From a virus, in IMG/VR virus record IMGVR_UViG_3300017739_000004, positions 38,949-102,948 of that record: 64,000 bases of DNA; one strand, written 5' to 3'. The notes below the pieces were generated by a model. It was not told where the DNA came from. It did not search any database and saw nothing but the letters and a program-made list of their open reading frames with translations. The translations under genes and the position numbers were made by a program. Of the stretch, positions 44,948 to 56,400 are shown piece after piece. The stretch's first letter is position 1, and every line of letters starts with the position of its first letter.

Positions 44948-47900
44948 TTGGCCAGAAAGACAGACATTCGACTGAGGAGATCAGCAACTGCTGGTAATGC
45001 TCCCTCAACATCAGATTTAAATTTAGGAGAATTAGCGCTTAATACGTATGATGGTGCTATATTCCTTAAAACACACGATGGCTCCAGCGATGCAATTGCT
45101 GTTGCAGCCGATGCAAGAACCTTATCAATAGATTATACTAATCAAAGAGTTGGTATAGGAGACACTTCGCCTGATAATAAACTACATATAAATTCAGGTG
45201 CAGACAATATAAATACGAAATTTGAAAGTACAGATACAGAAGTAAGATTACTTCTTAAAGACAGTACCGGTACAGCTTATATTGCTGCAAGAAATGATAT
45301 TAGATTTGGTAATGATACTACAACAGAAAGAATGCGAATTACTAGTGCCGGCAAAGTTGGTATTGGAACTATTACTCCTTCACATGAATTGGCCATTAGA
45401 AAAGATCAAGATTCAAATACTGAACTTAGTATTGTTAATTTAAATAGTGGTGATAGTGCTTCAGCACTTTTAAGATTTAGAAATCATACATCAGCTAGTG
45501 AAACTGGTAATGGTGCATATATACAATTAAATAAGTTTAATGCTTTTAAAATATGGAATCAATTTGGTAATCCAATAGTATTTGGAACTAACAATGCTGA
45601 AAAGATGCGTCTTGATACTAATGGCAATCTTGGTATTGGTACAACTAATCCAACAGAACCTTTATCAATTCATGCATCCGATCCAAAAATAAAATTACAA
45701 GATACAGATGGCACATCCCAGGTTGGAACTATTTTTCAAGCTGGAGCCATGTTAGGAATTCAATCAAGAGATAATACTTCACACGGTTCAATAAAATTTC
45801 AAGGTCATAATGGAACTACTGGTTTAGAATATGCGAGGTTTATTTCATCAGGTAATTTTGGTATAGGAACCGGTGCACCTGGTGGTGGAAAATTAGTAGT
45901 ACAAACAGTCAGTGGTGAATATGGTTTAAGATTACAAGATAATTCAAGCCATTATTTTAGAGTTGCTCATGGTGGTAATACAGAAATAGCGGGTGATCTT
46001 ACATTATCTGCAGGAGCACTTACAATAGCCGGTAATGCAACCTTTAATGGTAGTTTAGAAATCAATCATAATCCACTTATATTAGATACAAATCCAGGTG
46101 CTACTTATGGAGTAAGTGAAGCTTTAAGAATTGATGATAGTGCTGGAACAAACGATAGAGCATTACAAATATATGAGCTTTTACATTCTGGTGGAAGACA
46201 CCATAGATTAACTTTTAATACACAAATAACTACAGACGGTTCTTCAGCATATACTTATACACAAGGTAATTATGGTGGTTCCTCACAAATTCAATTTGGA
46301 AATAATGGTGAAATAGTTTTTTACACAAATCCTCAAGACACAGGCGGATCCGCTACAGCAATTACACCATTAGAAAGATTTAGAGTAAATAGTGATGGTG
46401 ATATTAGATTTGAAGGTGGTAATTTATTCTATGATGCTTCAGCAAATGCATTAAACTTTATAGACAATGTTTACGCACAATTTGGTTCAAGTAATGATCT
46501 TCAAATATTCCACGATGGCTCTAATAGTATAATAAAAGAAGCTGGAACTGGAAATTTAAGACTACAAACTGGAAATTCAATTCAATTTAGAAATGGAAGT
46601 GGAGCTGACTTATACTTTAATGCTGCATTAGCAGGTGCCACAACTCTATACCATAACAAAGTAGCAAAACTAGCTACATCAGCAAGTGGTGTTGAGATAA
46701 CAGGTAATATAACAAATACATCAGGTGATTTAACATTAGATGTTGCAGGAGATATATACTTAGATGCAGGTGGAGATGACATATATTTATCTCAAGGCGG
46801 CACACATTTTGGTGAACTAAAAAGAAATAGTTCTAATTTAGAAATACATTCACTAATATCAAATGGTGATATAGTATTTAAAGGTAGCGATGATGGGTCA
46901 ACAATAACTGCTCTTACTCTGGATATGTCAGAGGCTGGTAGGGCTAATTTCAACAATGACATAGGCTTGAACGACGGCAGAGCGCTAAGACTGGGAAGTA
47001 ATGATGATGGAGCTATATATAACGATGGCTCAAACACATACATAAAAAACTCCACAAATAACCACGACATTATTTTTCAAGGTAATGATGATGGTTCGGC
47101 AATCACAGCGCTTACCATTGACATGTCTAACGCAGGTAAAGCAACATTTAATGCTGATGTTATAGTAGGTGGTAATCTAACAGTTAATGGTACAACCACT
47201 ACTATTAATACTGCAACTCTAGACGTTGAAGATTTAAATATTACAGTTGCAAAAGGAGTGACAACAAGTGCTGGCGCTGATGGTGCTGGACTTACGATTG
47301 AAGGCCCTACAAGCAATGCCTCTTTAATTTGGGACCATGGTAATCAATATTTAGAATTTAATAAAGACGTATTTACATCGGGTTCATTTATAATTGGTAC
47401 AACATCTACTAATGTTGGAAGAATGTATAATAGTTCCGGTGTTATGGCTTTAGAGGCTTATACTGCTAGACAAATATCTTTTGGTAATGCCACAAACGGT
47501 GAACACGTCAGAATTGATGCTGACGGCAACGTTGGTATTGGAACTACTGCACCTCGTCACAAATTATCAGTAAATGGAACACTAGGTTCATCTACATTTT
47601 CAGGATTCGGTTTAGGTGTTGTTGGTGGTATAGCAACAGCAGAGAGTGGAACGCCAAATGCTGCGATAGGTATGCAAGCAGCTAATGCAACTAGTTCAAA
47701 AATATTTGCTTATGATTATGCTGGCTCAGCCGGTATACCTATTTCTATACAACCAGATAATGCAAATGTATTTATTTGTGCAGGAGGAGGCAACGTTGGT
47801 ATTGGAACTACGAGCCCATCAAAATTACTTCATATAAAAAGTGCTGATCCTGTTATTAGATTAGAAGATTCAAGTCCATCTGCTTATGCAGAAATTGATG

Positions 47901-50422
47901 GTGCAGGTGGAGACTTAATTATTAGTTGTGATGCAGGTGATAATGATGCAGATTCAGTTATCCAATTTAAAGTTGATAATTCAGAAAAAATGCGTCTTAA
48001 TTCATCAGGAAATTTTGGAATTGGAACTACATCCCCTTCTTCATTATTACATTTAAATGCAACTTCTTATCCTAAAATTACATTAACAGATACTACAGGT
48101 GTTGCTCGGTCATTTAGTATTGGAACAGATAATGAAACTTTCACAGTAAGAAATGAAACTGCTTCGTCTAATCCAATAACAATTAGTAATGCTAATGTTG
48201 TCACGTTTAATGGTGCATACTCATTTCCAACAGCAGATGGTTCATCAGGTCAAGTATTAAAAACAGATGGTTCAGGTAATTTAAGCTTTCAAAATGATTC
48301 TGGTGGAGGTGGTTCATCTAATTCTATAACAGATGCGGATAACGATACAAAAATTCAAGTAGAAGAAGGCACAGATGATGATACAATCAGATTTGATACT
48401 GCTGGAACTGAAAGAGCTTTATTTAATGCAAATGGATTAGATATAAAAAATTCAGGTGGATTAAGAATATCAGGTACTGAAGTTATTTCATCTGCAAGAA
48501 ACCTAACAAACATAGGAACTATATCATTAGGTGATGGTCATTTAATTGGAGATGACGCATCTGATAATTTAGTAATTAATTCAAGTAGTGGCGAAAGTAT
48601 TTTAGTTGGTTCAAATCAGCATATCTTTTTTAATACTGGAGCAACAAGTCTTACTAGCCAAGGTACTACTAGAATGTTTATTAATAGCTCAGGCAACGTG
48701 GGTATAGGTAATAGTTCACCTTCACAAAAACTTCATGTCACAGGCAACATATACGCAGCATCAGGTTTTGTTAATAGTTCAGGCTATCAGCTAAATGGCA
48801 CTTATATTGTTGATAGTAGTAGAAACTTAGTCAATATCGGAACTCTTACAACTGCATCAACAATTAAAGTTGACCCTGCATCAGGCGATGCAATTGTTCA
48901 AATGGAAGGTGCTGGTGGAGCACAAATATTAAGAATAGATCAAAATAGTATTAGAACAACTACAAGTTCTGATTTAAGTATATTTACAAGTGGTAATACT
49001 AGACAAATATTTTTAGATCAGAGTGCTGCAAATATTGGTTTTAATATGGGTTCAGATACTCCACACGCAGGAACAGCTGTACATATAAAAGGTCATGACA
49101 CTACTCCAGATTTTACTGCGACAGCTATTGATGATTGTACATTGGTATTATCAAATAGCGATGATGATTATGGAACAATCTTTGGACAACTTGGAACTGG
49201 AACAGGTGTAATTCAAGCAAGACGATTAGCTTCAGCTGTATATTATAATCTTGCATTAAATCCACATGGTGGTAAGGTTGGTATAAATCAAGTTGCACCT
49301 TTAAGAACCTTAGAGGTTGGTGGAGCTGGTGCTACCATGCGTGTAGGTCCAGATTACTATACACTAAATGGAAGTACTGATAGAGATTATGTAGAAATAC
49401 AAGCTCATGGTACAGATAGTAAAATTGTATCACCAAATGAAAGATTCCATATTGAAAATACATCAGGAGATATAGTATTAACTGCGAGTGGTAATACAGG
49501 TATCGGTACAACTGCACCGCAATCAAAATTAGAAACTAACCTACATAGTGGTGCTGATAGTTCATTAATGAATGCTAATAGTGTTAATGATGTACATCTT
49601 ATAAGAGCAGGATTTGGACAAAATGCTGCTTCTACTACAAATGCAGGAGCTAAATGGGGTTTAAGATTTGTTGGTAGAAACGATAGCAATTATGATAATC
49701 AAAAATCTGGAGCAATATTCGCTGTATCAGAGGATTCATTAGGTTATAATAGAAAGGTAGGATTGGCATTTCATACCAGTTCACATGATGCATCACATGC
49801 AGAAAGAATGCGTATTGATGCTGACGGTAAGGTTGGTATTGGAACCACTTCACCTGATACAAGTTTAGATGTCACAGCTGCTGGTGTCCAAGGTTTAATT
49901 ATAAATCAAGATACTAGTAATGCAGCAGTATCTGCAAGAATGTTCTTTAAAGATAATGTTAGAACAAATGGATTCGTAAATGTGAATGGTGTACTTGAAG
50001 CTAGAACAGGAATGGCCATAGGAAGTACATCTGGTACTAAAATTGTTGGTATAGGGCCAACACAAGTTCATATAACTACACCTGTATTAATTGAAGAATA
50101 TCAAATAGATACAGTCACTACGACGACATCAGCCACTTCACAAGCTGTAATATCACAATCAGGTTCTACTGTATTTAGGTCTTGTCGTTATACTGTTCAG
50201 ATCACAAATAGTACAGATAGTACTTATCACACAACTGAATTATTATTAGTACATGATGGTACCACAGCAAATATCACAGAATTTGGTACAATATTTACTG
50301 GAGCTGCAATTGAAGCCACATTTGATGCAGACATTTCATCAGGTAATATTAGATTATTAGCCACACCAGCATCTACTGATACTATGGTATTTAAAGTAGT
50401 TAGACATTCTATCACTGTTTAA
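44948..50422 (+). CDS. Large modular tail fibre protein (TTG start)
   Basis: AGGAG SD; IRLRRS..P...L.LGELALNT.DG; many ERMRI..GNVGIGTT repeats. Confidence 0.85.
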   Translation: MARKTDIRLRRSATAGNAPSTSDLNLGELALNTYDGAIFLKTHDGSSDAIAVAADARTLSIDYTNQRVGIGDTSPDNKLHINSGADNINTKFESTDTEVRLLLKDSTGTAYIAARNDIRFGNDTTTERMRITSAGKVGIGTITPSHELAIRKDQDSNTELSIVNLNSGDSASALLRFRNHTSASETGNGAYIQLNKFNAFKIWNQFGNPIVFGTNNAEKMRLDTNGNLGIGTTNPTEPLSIHASDPKIKLQDTDGTSQVGTIFQAGAMLGIQSRDNTSHGSIKFQGHNGTTGLEYARFISSGNFGIGTGAPGGGKLVVQTVSGEYGLRLQDNSSHYFRVAHGGNTEIAGDLTLSAGALTIAGNATFNGSLEINHNPLILDTNPGATYGVSEALRIDDSAGTNDRALQIYELLHSGGRHHRLTFNTQITTDGSSAYTYTQGNYGGSSQIQFGNNGEIVFYTNPQDTGGSATAITPLERFRVNSDGDIRFEGGNLFYDASANALNFIDNVYAQFGSSNDLQIFHDGSNSIIKEAGTGNLRLQTGNSIQFRNGSGADLYFNAALAGATTLYHNKVAKLATSASGVEITGNITNTSGDLTLDVAGDIYLDAGGDDIYLSQGGTHFGELKRNSSNLEIHSLISNGDIVFKGSDDGSTITALTLDMSEAGRANFNNDIGLNDGRALRLGSNDDGAIYNDGSNTYIKNSTNNHDIIFQGNDDGSAITALTIDMSNAGKATFNADVIVGGNLTVNGTTTTINTATLDVEDLNITVAKGVTTSAGADGAGLTIEGPTSNASLIWDHGNQYLEFNKDVFTSGSFIIGTTSTNVGRMYNSSGVMALEAYTARQISFGNATNGEHVRIDADGNVGIGTTAPRHKLSVNGTLGSSTFSGFGLGVVGGIATAESGTPNAAIGMQAANATSSKIFAYDYAGSAGIPISIQPDNANVFICAGGGNVGIGTTSPSKLLHIKSADPVIRLEDSSPSAYAEIDGAGGDLIISCDAGDNDADSVIQFKVDNSEKMRLNSSGNFGIGTTSPSSLLHLNATSYPKITLTDTTGVARSFSIGTDNETFTVRNETASSNPITISNANVVTFNGAYSFPTADGSSGQVLKTDGSGNLSFQNDSGGGGSSNSITDADNDTKIQVEEGTDDDTIRFDTAGTERALFNANGLDIKNSGGLRISGTEVISSARNLTNIGTISLGDGHLIGDDASDNLVINSSSGESILVGSNQHIFFNTGATSLTSQGTTRMFINSSGNVGIGNSSPSQKLHVTGNIYAASGFVNSSGYQLNGTYIVDSSRNLVNIGTLTTASTIKVDPASGDAIVQMEGAGGAQILRIDQNSIRTTTSSDLSIFTSGNTRQIFLDQSAANIGFNMGSDTPHAGTAVHIKGHDTTPDFTATAIDDCTLVLSNSDDDYGTIFGQLGTGTGVIQARRLASAVYYNLALNPHGGKVGINQVAPLRTLEVGGAGATMRVGPDYYTLNGSTDRDYVEIQAHGTDSKIVSPNERFHIENTSGDIVLTASGNTGIGTTAPQSKLETNLHSGADSSLMNANSVNDVHLIRAGFGQNAASTTNAGAKWGLRFVGRNDSNYDNQKSGAIFAVSEDSLGYNRKVGLAFHTSSHDASHAERMRIDADGKVGIGTTSPDTSLDVTAAGVQGLIINQDTSNAAVSARMFFKDNVRTNGFVNVNGVLEARTGMAIGSTSGTKIVGIGPTQVHITTPVLIEEYQIDTVTTTTSATSQAVISQSGSTVFRSCRYTVQITNSTDSTYHTTELLLVHDGTTANITEFGTIFTGAAIEATFDADISSGNIRLLATPASTDTMVFKVVRHSITV

Positions 50423-50434
50423 GACTCTTACTCT

Positions 50435-50442
50435 TATAAATA
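50435..50442 (+). promoter_or_regulatory. T4-type late promoter
   Basis: Intergenic TATAAATA. Confidence 0.75.
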
Positions 50443-50474
50443 ATAGTATTAACCGTGGAGAGTGAAACGGAAAT

Positions 50475-53400
50475 ATGGCAACAGATCACAATTTTAAAGT
50501 CAAAAATGGCCTTCATGTCGAAGGTGCAGATACAAAGTTAGTCGACGCAGGCAGTGGAAACGCTAAGCTTGAGGTCGGTGGTACACTATCTATTCGACCA
50601 GAAGGTACAACTTCTAATAAACACTTTTTTGAATTAAACGATTATACCGCAGCCGGTACTATTACTGGTGCAACTCTTGCATCAACCGGAAATATTACTG
50701 TAGGTGGTAATCTTACATTAAATAGTAATTCAAATTATATTGCTACCAGACAAATTCTTGCAAGAGACACCAATGGTTTATCATTCAAAACAAGTGGTGG
50801 TGGAACTACAATGTTTTATACCAATGCTGGTGATGTCACTGTATCAAACAATCTAACTGTAAGTGGTAATCTTACAGTCAGTGGAGATACTACAACTTTA
50901 AATGTAGCGACATTAGATGTTGAAGATAAAAATATAACTCTCAATAAAGGTTCAGGAGATACTTCAGGTTCAGCCGATGGAGCTGGTATTACCATACAAG
51001 ATGCTGTCAATAGTTCGACAGATGCTACTATTCTTTGGGATGCGACTAATGACGAGTTTGATTTTTCACATTCAATTAAAGTTGCAGGAAGTTTAGGTGT
51101 TACCAATATAGTAACTAACAAAGTTGTTAAATTTAATGGAACAATATTAGATGATTCAAATATTACAGATACAGGTTCAGCAATTACTCTTGGTTCTAAT
51201 ACAACAGTTTCTGGAACTACAGTTTTAACTGGCGATACTAGAATTGGTTCAGCAGCTCCATCTGGGACTCATGCATTAAAGGTTTACCATACAGACAACT
51301 TTGAAGCAGCAAAATTTGAAACTAATCTAGGAGGAGCATTAGCAAGATTTACTGATACAAATGCCAGCATAGAAATAGGAAATCAAAATGGAGAGGCTGT
51401 ATTAAGAACTGGTAATTCAGTAAGACTAGCTGCAAATTCAAGTGGTAATGTAAGAGTTGCAACTGGCGATCTGCAAATGGGCTCAACGACAGTCATAGAT
51501 AGCTCAAGAAACATTTCAAACATTGGTACTATAGCCAATAGTGGTACAATCACTTCAACTGGTTCAGATCACACATTCTATAATGGTGGATCAGAACAAT
51601 CTTTATCTATCGGAAGAAATGCAAACGAAAGATTAAAAATACGTGTCACCGATGGCGATATTACATTAACAGCAGATCAAGATGCAGATGGTAATAGTAC
51701 ACACAACTTTATATTAGATAGAACATTTGATGGCTCGGGTGCAAGTCAATTTCAAATAAAAAATAACGGTTCACTACAATTTAATATGAGTGCAACCGAT
51801 GCTCAATTCTATAATGGTACATTATATGTTGGTACTAATGATAGTACACCGGGTACATTACATCTATTTGGTGGTGCAACTGGAAACGCAGAAGGTGGTG
51901 AATTAAGATTATACACTGGTGCTGATCACGATGGTACAGTCGATTGGTATAGATTCGATGCTTATCAAGATGATTTAAGAATTGGTCGTTCAGGTCAAAC
52001 AGATATTTATTTATTCCAAAATGGTTCTGTTAAAATAGAAAATAGTAATTTAATATTGAACCATGACCTTGATATGGCAAACAATAAAGATATTAATTTC
52101 TTTAATTCATCAGGTGCAGATGATGGTACAAAAATTACAAGAGCAAGTGGTAATGCATTCAGATTTAAGTATACAGGCAACTCTATGATTTTTGATGCTC
52201 TTGCTGATAATCAAATTTCATATAGAAATAGTGATGATGAAGAAGTAATGAGAATAGTACCGAATAGTACACCTACAAGCTCAAGTGTTGATGTTGTCGG
52301 TAATCTTAGAATAAACACAACAACCGTTATAGATTCATCAAGAAATTTATCTAATATAGGAACTATTACCGCAACTGGTGATATGGCAATTGATACAGAT
52401 ACTTTATTTGTTGATGTCTCAGCAAATAGAGTTGGTATAGGTGAAGATAGTGTAGATATGAAATTACACATCTCCGATACTACAACACCAGGTATAAAAT
52501 TTGAAAGACCTGGTGCTGTATCATGGAGAGCTGGTGTATCAGGTACATCATTTCAAATATCAGATAGTAGTGACACATTAGCAAGTCCAGAGTTAGTCTT
52601 AACAAATTCGGGTAGATTACAGGTAAACCATGATGCCGTAGCATTAGCATCTCAGCCAGCAATTGTTGCACAATTTGATTCTACTGCTACTGATGGTTTA
52701 GCATTAATTACAGTTCAAAATTTAACAGCAAATACAGCTGCAGCATTAGGTGCTGGTATAGAATTCAGAGTTGGAGATGGAACATCTGGTTCAGCAACTA
52801 AATCCTCGTATATATTCCAAAGAGGTGCTGGTCAAACTACAATGAATTATATTGCTGACAGAAATCATCAATTCTATGTAGATCACCATGACAACGATAT
52901 AACAGGTACTGGTTATAGTGATTATGGAACTCTTGCTATGGATATACAAGAGAGTGGTACAATTACAATTGGTACTACATCTACTACACCTGGCTTTTCA
53001 AGTACAAATGGCCATGCTTTTCATGTAGGAGATGCATCACACATATCACGAAATTCTGGTACAGCTTTAATTGTCAATAGAGGTACAAATGATGGCGACA
53101 TAATTAATTTTAGAAGAGCCGGTACTAGTGTTGGTGTTATAGGTGTAGCCGCGTCTGATAATTTATATATTGCAGGTGGTAGTGGAGGTACACATGGTAT
53201 TTACTTTAATGATACTGCCATTGTTCCTGCAGCTCAAGGTGGTGCGCCTGATCATGGTACACTTGATTTAGGTACATCTTCTTATAAATTTAAAGATGCT
53301 TATCTGACTGGTTTAAATTTGAATACAGGTTCAGCTGAAGCACTTCCTAAAACTTTTGCGATCGCAAATACAGGTGGTGATAGTGGTCAATATATTAAAT

Positions 53401-56400
53401 TTGGAACAATATCAAGCATAGCACAATCTGGTAGATCAGTAAAAATAACTGTACATTCTAATTCAGGTTATAACGCTTCTAATGCACAAAACCAAGAAAC
53501 AATAATAAGGTTTAAAACTTCTAATGGTTCATCAAATCAAAGTGGTTTTTATGGTGATTGCCAAAAATATGATTTCGGTGACCAAGCTGGTGCACCTAGT
53601 TCAGTATTAGTAAAACAAGTTTCATCTACAGAATATGAATTTTATGGATTGTTTGCTAATTTTACAGGTGATAGTTCTTTTTATACAGTAGAGCATAGAC
53701 ACGGAACATGGACACATAGTGGTTCAAATACAGGTTCTTCTGCACCATCAGGTACAGTCTTAACTGCGACTGAAAGAGTAATATTCACATCAGGAACAAC
53801 TAACCAATCAGCCACATTAAAAGCAGGTGGTTTAACTTATCCAAGCTCTGATGGTTCAAATGGACAAGTATTAACTACAAATGGTTCTGGTACATTATCA
53901 TTTACAACACCAAGTAGTGGTACAATTACTTCTGTTGCAAATATGTCCAATAATAGAGTTCTTACAGCAAGTGGTTCAACTACAATCAATGGAGAAGCAA
54001 ATCTTACCTTTGATGGTAATGCACTAATACTTTTTGATTCAGGAGCTGTGACAGAAGATACTACTGGTCTTACATTTAGACAAACAGGTACATACTCAGA
54101 TGGTAGATACGAACACAGATTTAGAAAACAAGATTTAGGTGGAGGTATACCATTATTCTTAGATAAGACAGCAGGAACTGCAGGTTCTCATACTACAATA
54201 GCTAGGTTTGGTTCTTATACGAGTAATCCTGAAGAATTTGAAGTTTTCGGAGATATGACAGCAACCGGTTATGTTGAAGGTGGTGGACTACAACTAGGTG
54301 CAGGAAATTCTGCTGCTAGTATATTCCGAATAGCTTCCGGTATGTGCGGATTTCATTTTTCAACTAATACAATTTTTCCTACAGACAATGCTGGTCAACT
54401 CACTAATGGTCTTGTAGATTTAGGTAGTGCAGGTGCTAAATATAAAGACCTATTTTTAGGAGGTGACCTTAGTTGTGAGGATATAACTATTACTGGTGAA
54501 TTAAACATACCTAATAAATTAAGACATGTTGGTGATACTAATACTTATTTACAATTCCATGCTGCAGACCAAGTCAGAATAGTTGCCGGCAATACTGAAA
54601 TAACAGAATGGCGTTCAGATAGAATGCAGATGAGTAATGGGCTGCCCATTACTTTTAATAATTGGAGTGCTTTTTCAGATACTGCTTTAACAGATATTAA
54701 TTATGCTACTCTAAATGCTCCAATACATATTCCTGCAGTTAACGTTGGTTCTGCAGATAAGTATTTACCTATTCTACAAGGTTCAGCTCAACACGATCAA
54801 GGATATAGAACAAGTTATGTATTAGGTGGATTTAAAAAAGCAACAACAGGTGCTGGTTGGGGTGACGGACAAACTGGTTTCTTTATGGCTATGGGTAATT
54901 CAGATAATAACCCTACGAAAGAATTTAGATTTACTTGGGATGGTCGTATATGGTATACAGATGCAGGAAGTGATACATACCTAGACTTTGATACAGATAG
55001 TCATATAAAATTTGTCACGAGTGGAGTACAAAGAGCAGAAATAGATGATGCTGGCATCAACGTTGTTTCTGGTGGTTATCAAACTTCTGGTACAACTAGA
55101 ATTGCTCAAGATGGTTCATTTTTCCCAACAAGTATAGATAGTACCGGTAAAATATCATTCTTAAATGGTAGTGCAGCTCAAGGTATTAGAGTAAATACTT
55201 TATATGCTGGAACCACATATGCAAGTGATGGTGCAGCTTCTGGTATGGTTGATACTCTCAATGGATATAGAGTACAAGGTGCACAAAGGATAGACTCTTC
55301 AGGTAATTTCTTTGCAAGTGATTACATTAATATAGGTGATGATGCAACTATAGAAGATTATGATGTTGCTAATGCAATTAGAATTAAAGGTCAACAAGCA
55401 AATACTCAAGGATATATAGCATTTGGTCAACAAACAGCTAAATTAGGTTGTAATAATTCAGCTACTTTAACCTATAGTAATGACTTCCAAGCAACAGGTC
55501 GAATAACCGCTACTAGTTATGTTGTAGCAGGTTCAGGTTCTGGTGGTGTAGCACTTACAGTAAATGATGGTTATGGAAATGCAAACGTCACATTTAACCA
55601 TGTTGCTGGTGTACCAGAACAAAATGGTGCATCAGCTCGTATAGTAGTAAATACAGATTCTGCAGCTGAAGCTGCTATGGAATTTGAAGTTTCTAGTGCA
55701 GCTGTCACATCAGGTTCAGCGGTTAATTTACCTGTTGGTCTGAAAGTAGGACATGACTATGTAGAGATGCCTGATCGACTCAGACATCAAGGTGATACTA
55801 ATACTTATTTTCAATTTAATGCTGCAGATTCAGCAAGAATAGTGACTGGCGGTACAGTTAGGTTTTTAACAGATTCCAATGGAGTGACAATAAAAAATTC
55901 TACACTATTATTAGATAGTAATGATATTTCTGGAGTTGGTAGTTTACAAATAGGTAGTAATACGGTAATAGACGCATCAAGAAACCTTACAAACATAGGC
56001 ACAATTTCTAGTGGAGCTTTAACTGTAACCTCTGGTGATACAAGCACTTTTGCAGGTACAGATTACCTAAATATCAACGCAAATGTTGGTGGTGTTAACA
56101 CAAATGGTTCTCAAGGATTACATATAGGTTGGAATAAATCTAATGGTGGTCGTGAAATTAATATGATCTTTGATGGTGGTACTGCTCAAGCTGATACTGA
56201 AATGATCTTTACCAGTACAGATGGCACTACTTATACAGACATTTTTCAAATTAATGGTGCTGTTGGAACAGGTGTAGATATAAAAAGTGGTGGACTTAGA
56301 ATGGGCACAACTACAGTCATAGATGCATCAAGAAATATTACTGCCGTGACCGGCGCATTTAGTGGTAAAGTTGCTGTTATGAGCGCATCAGTCCATGGCT

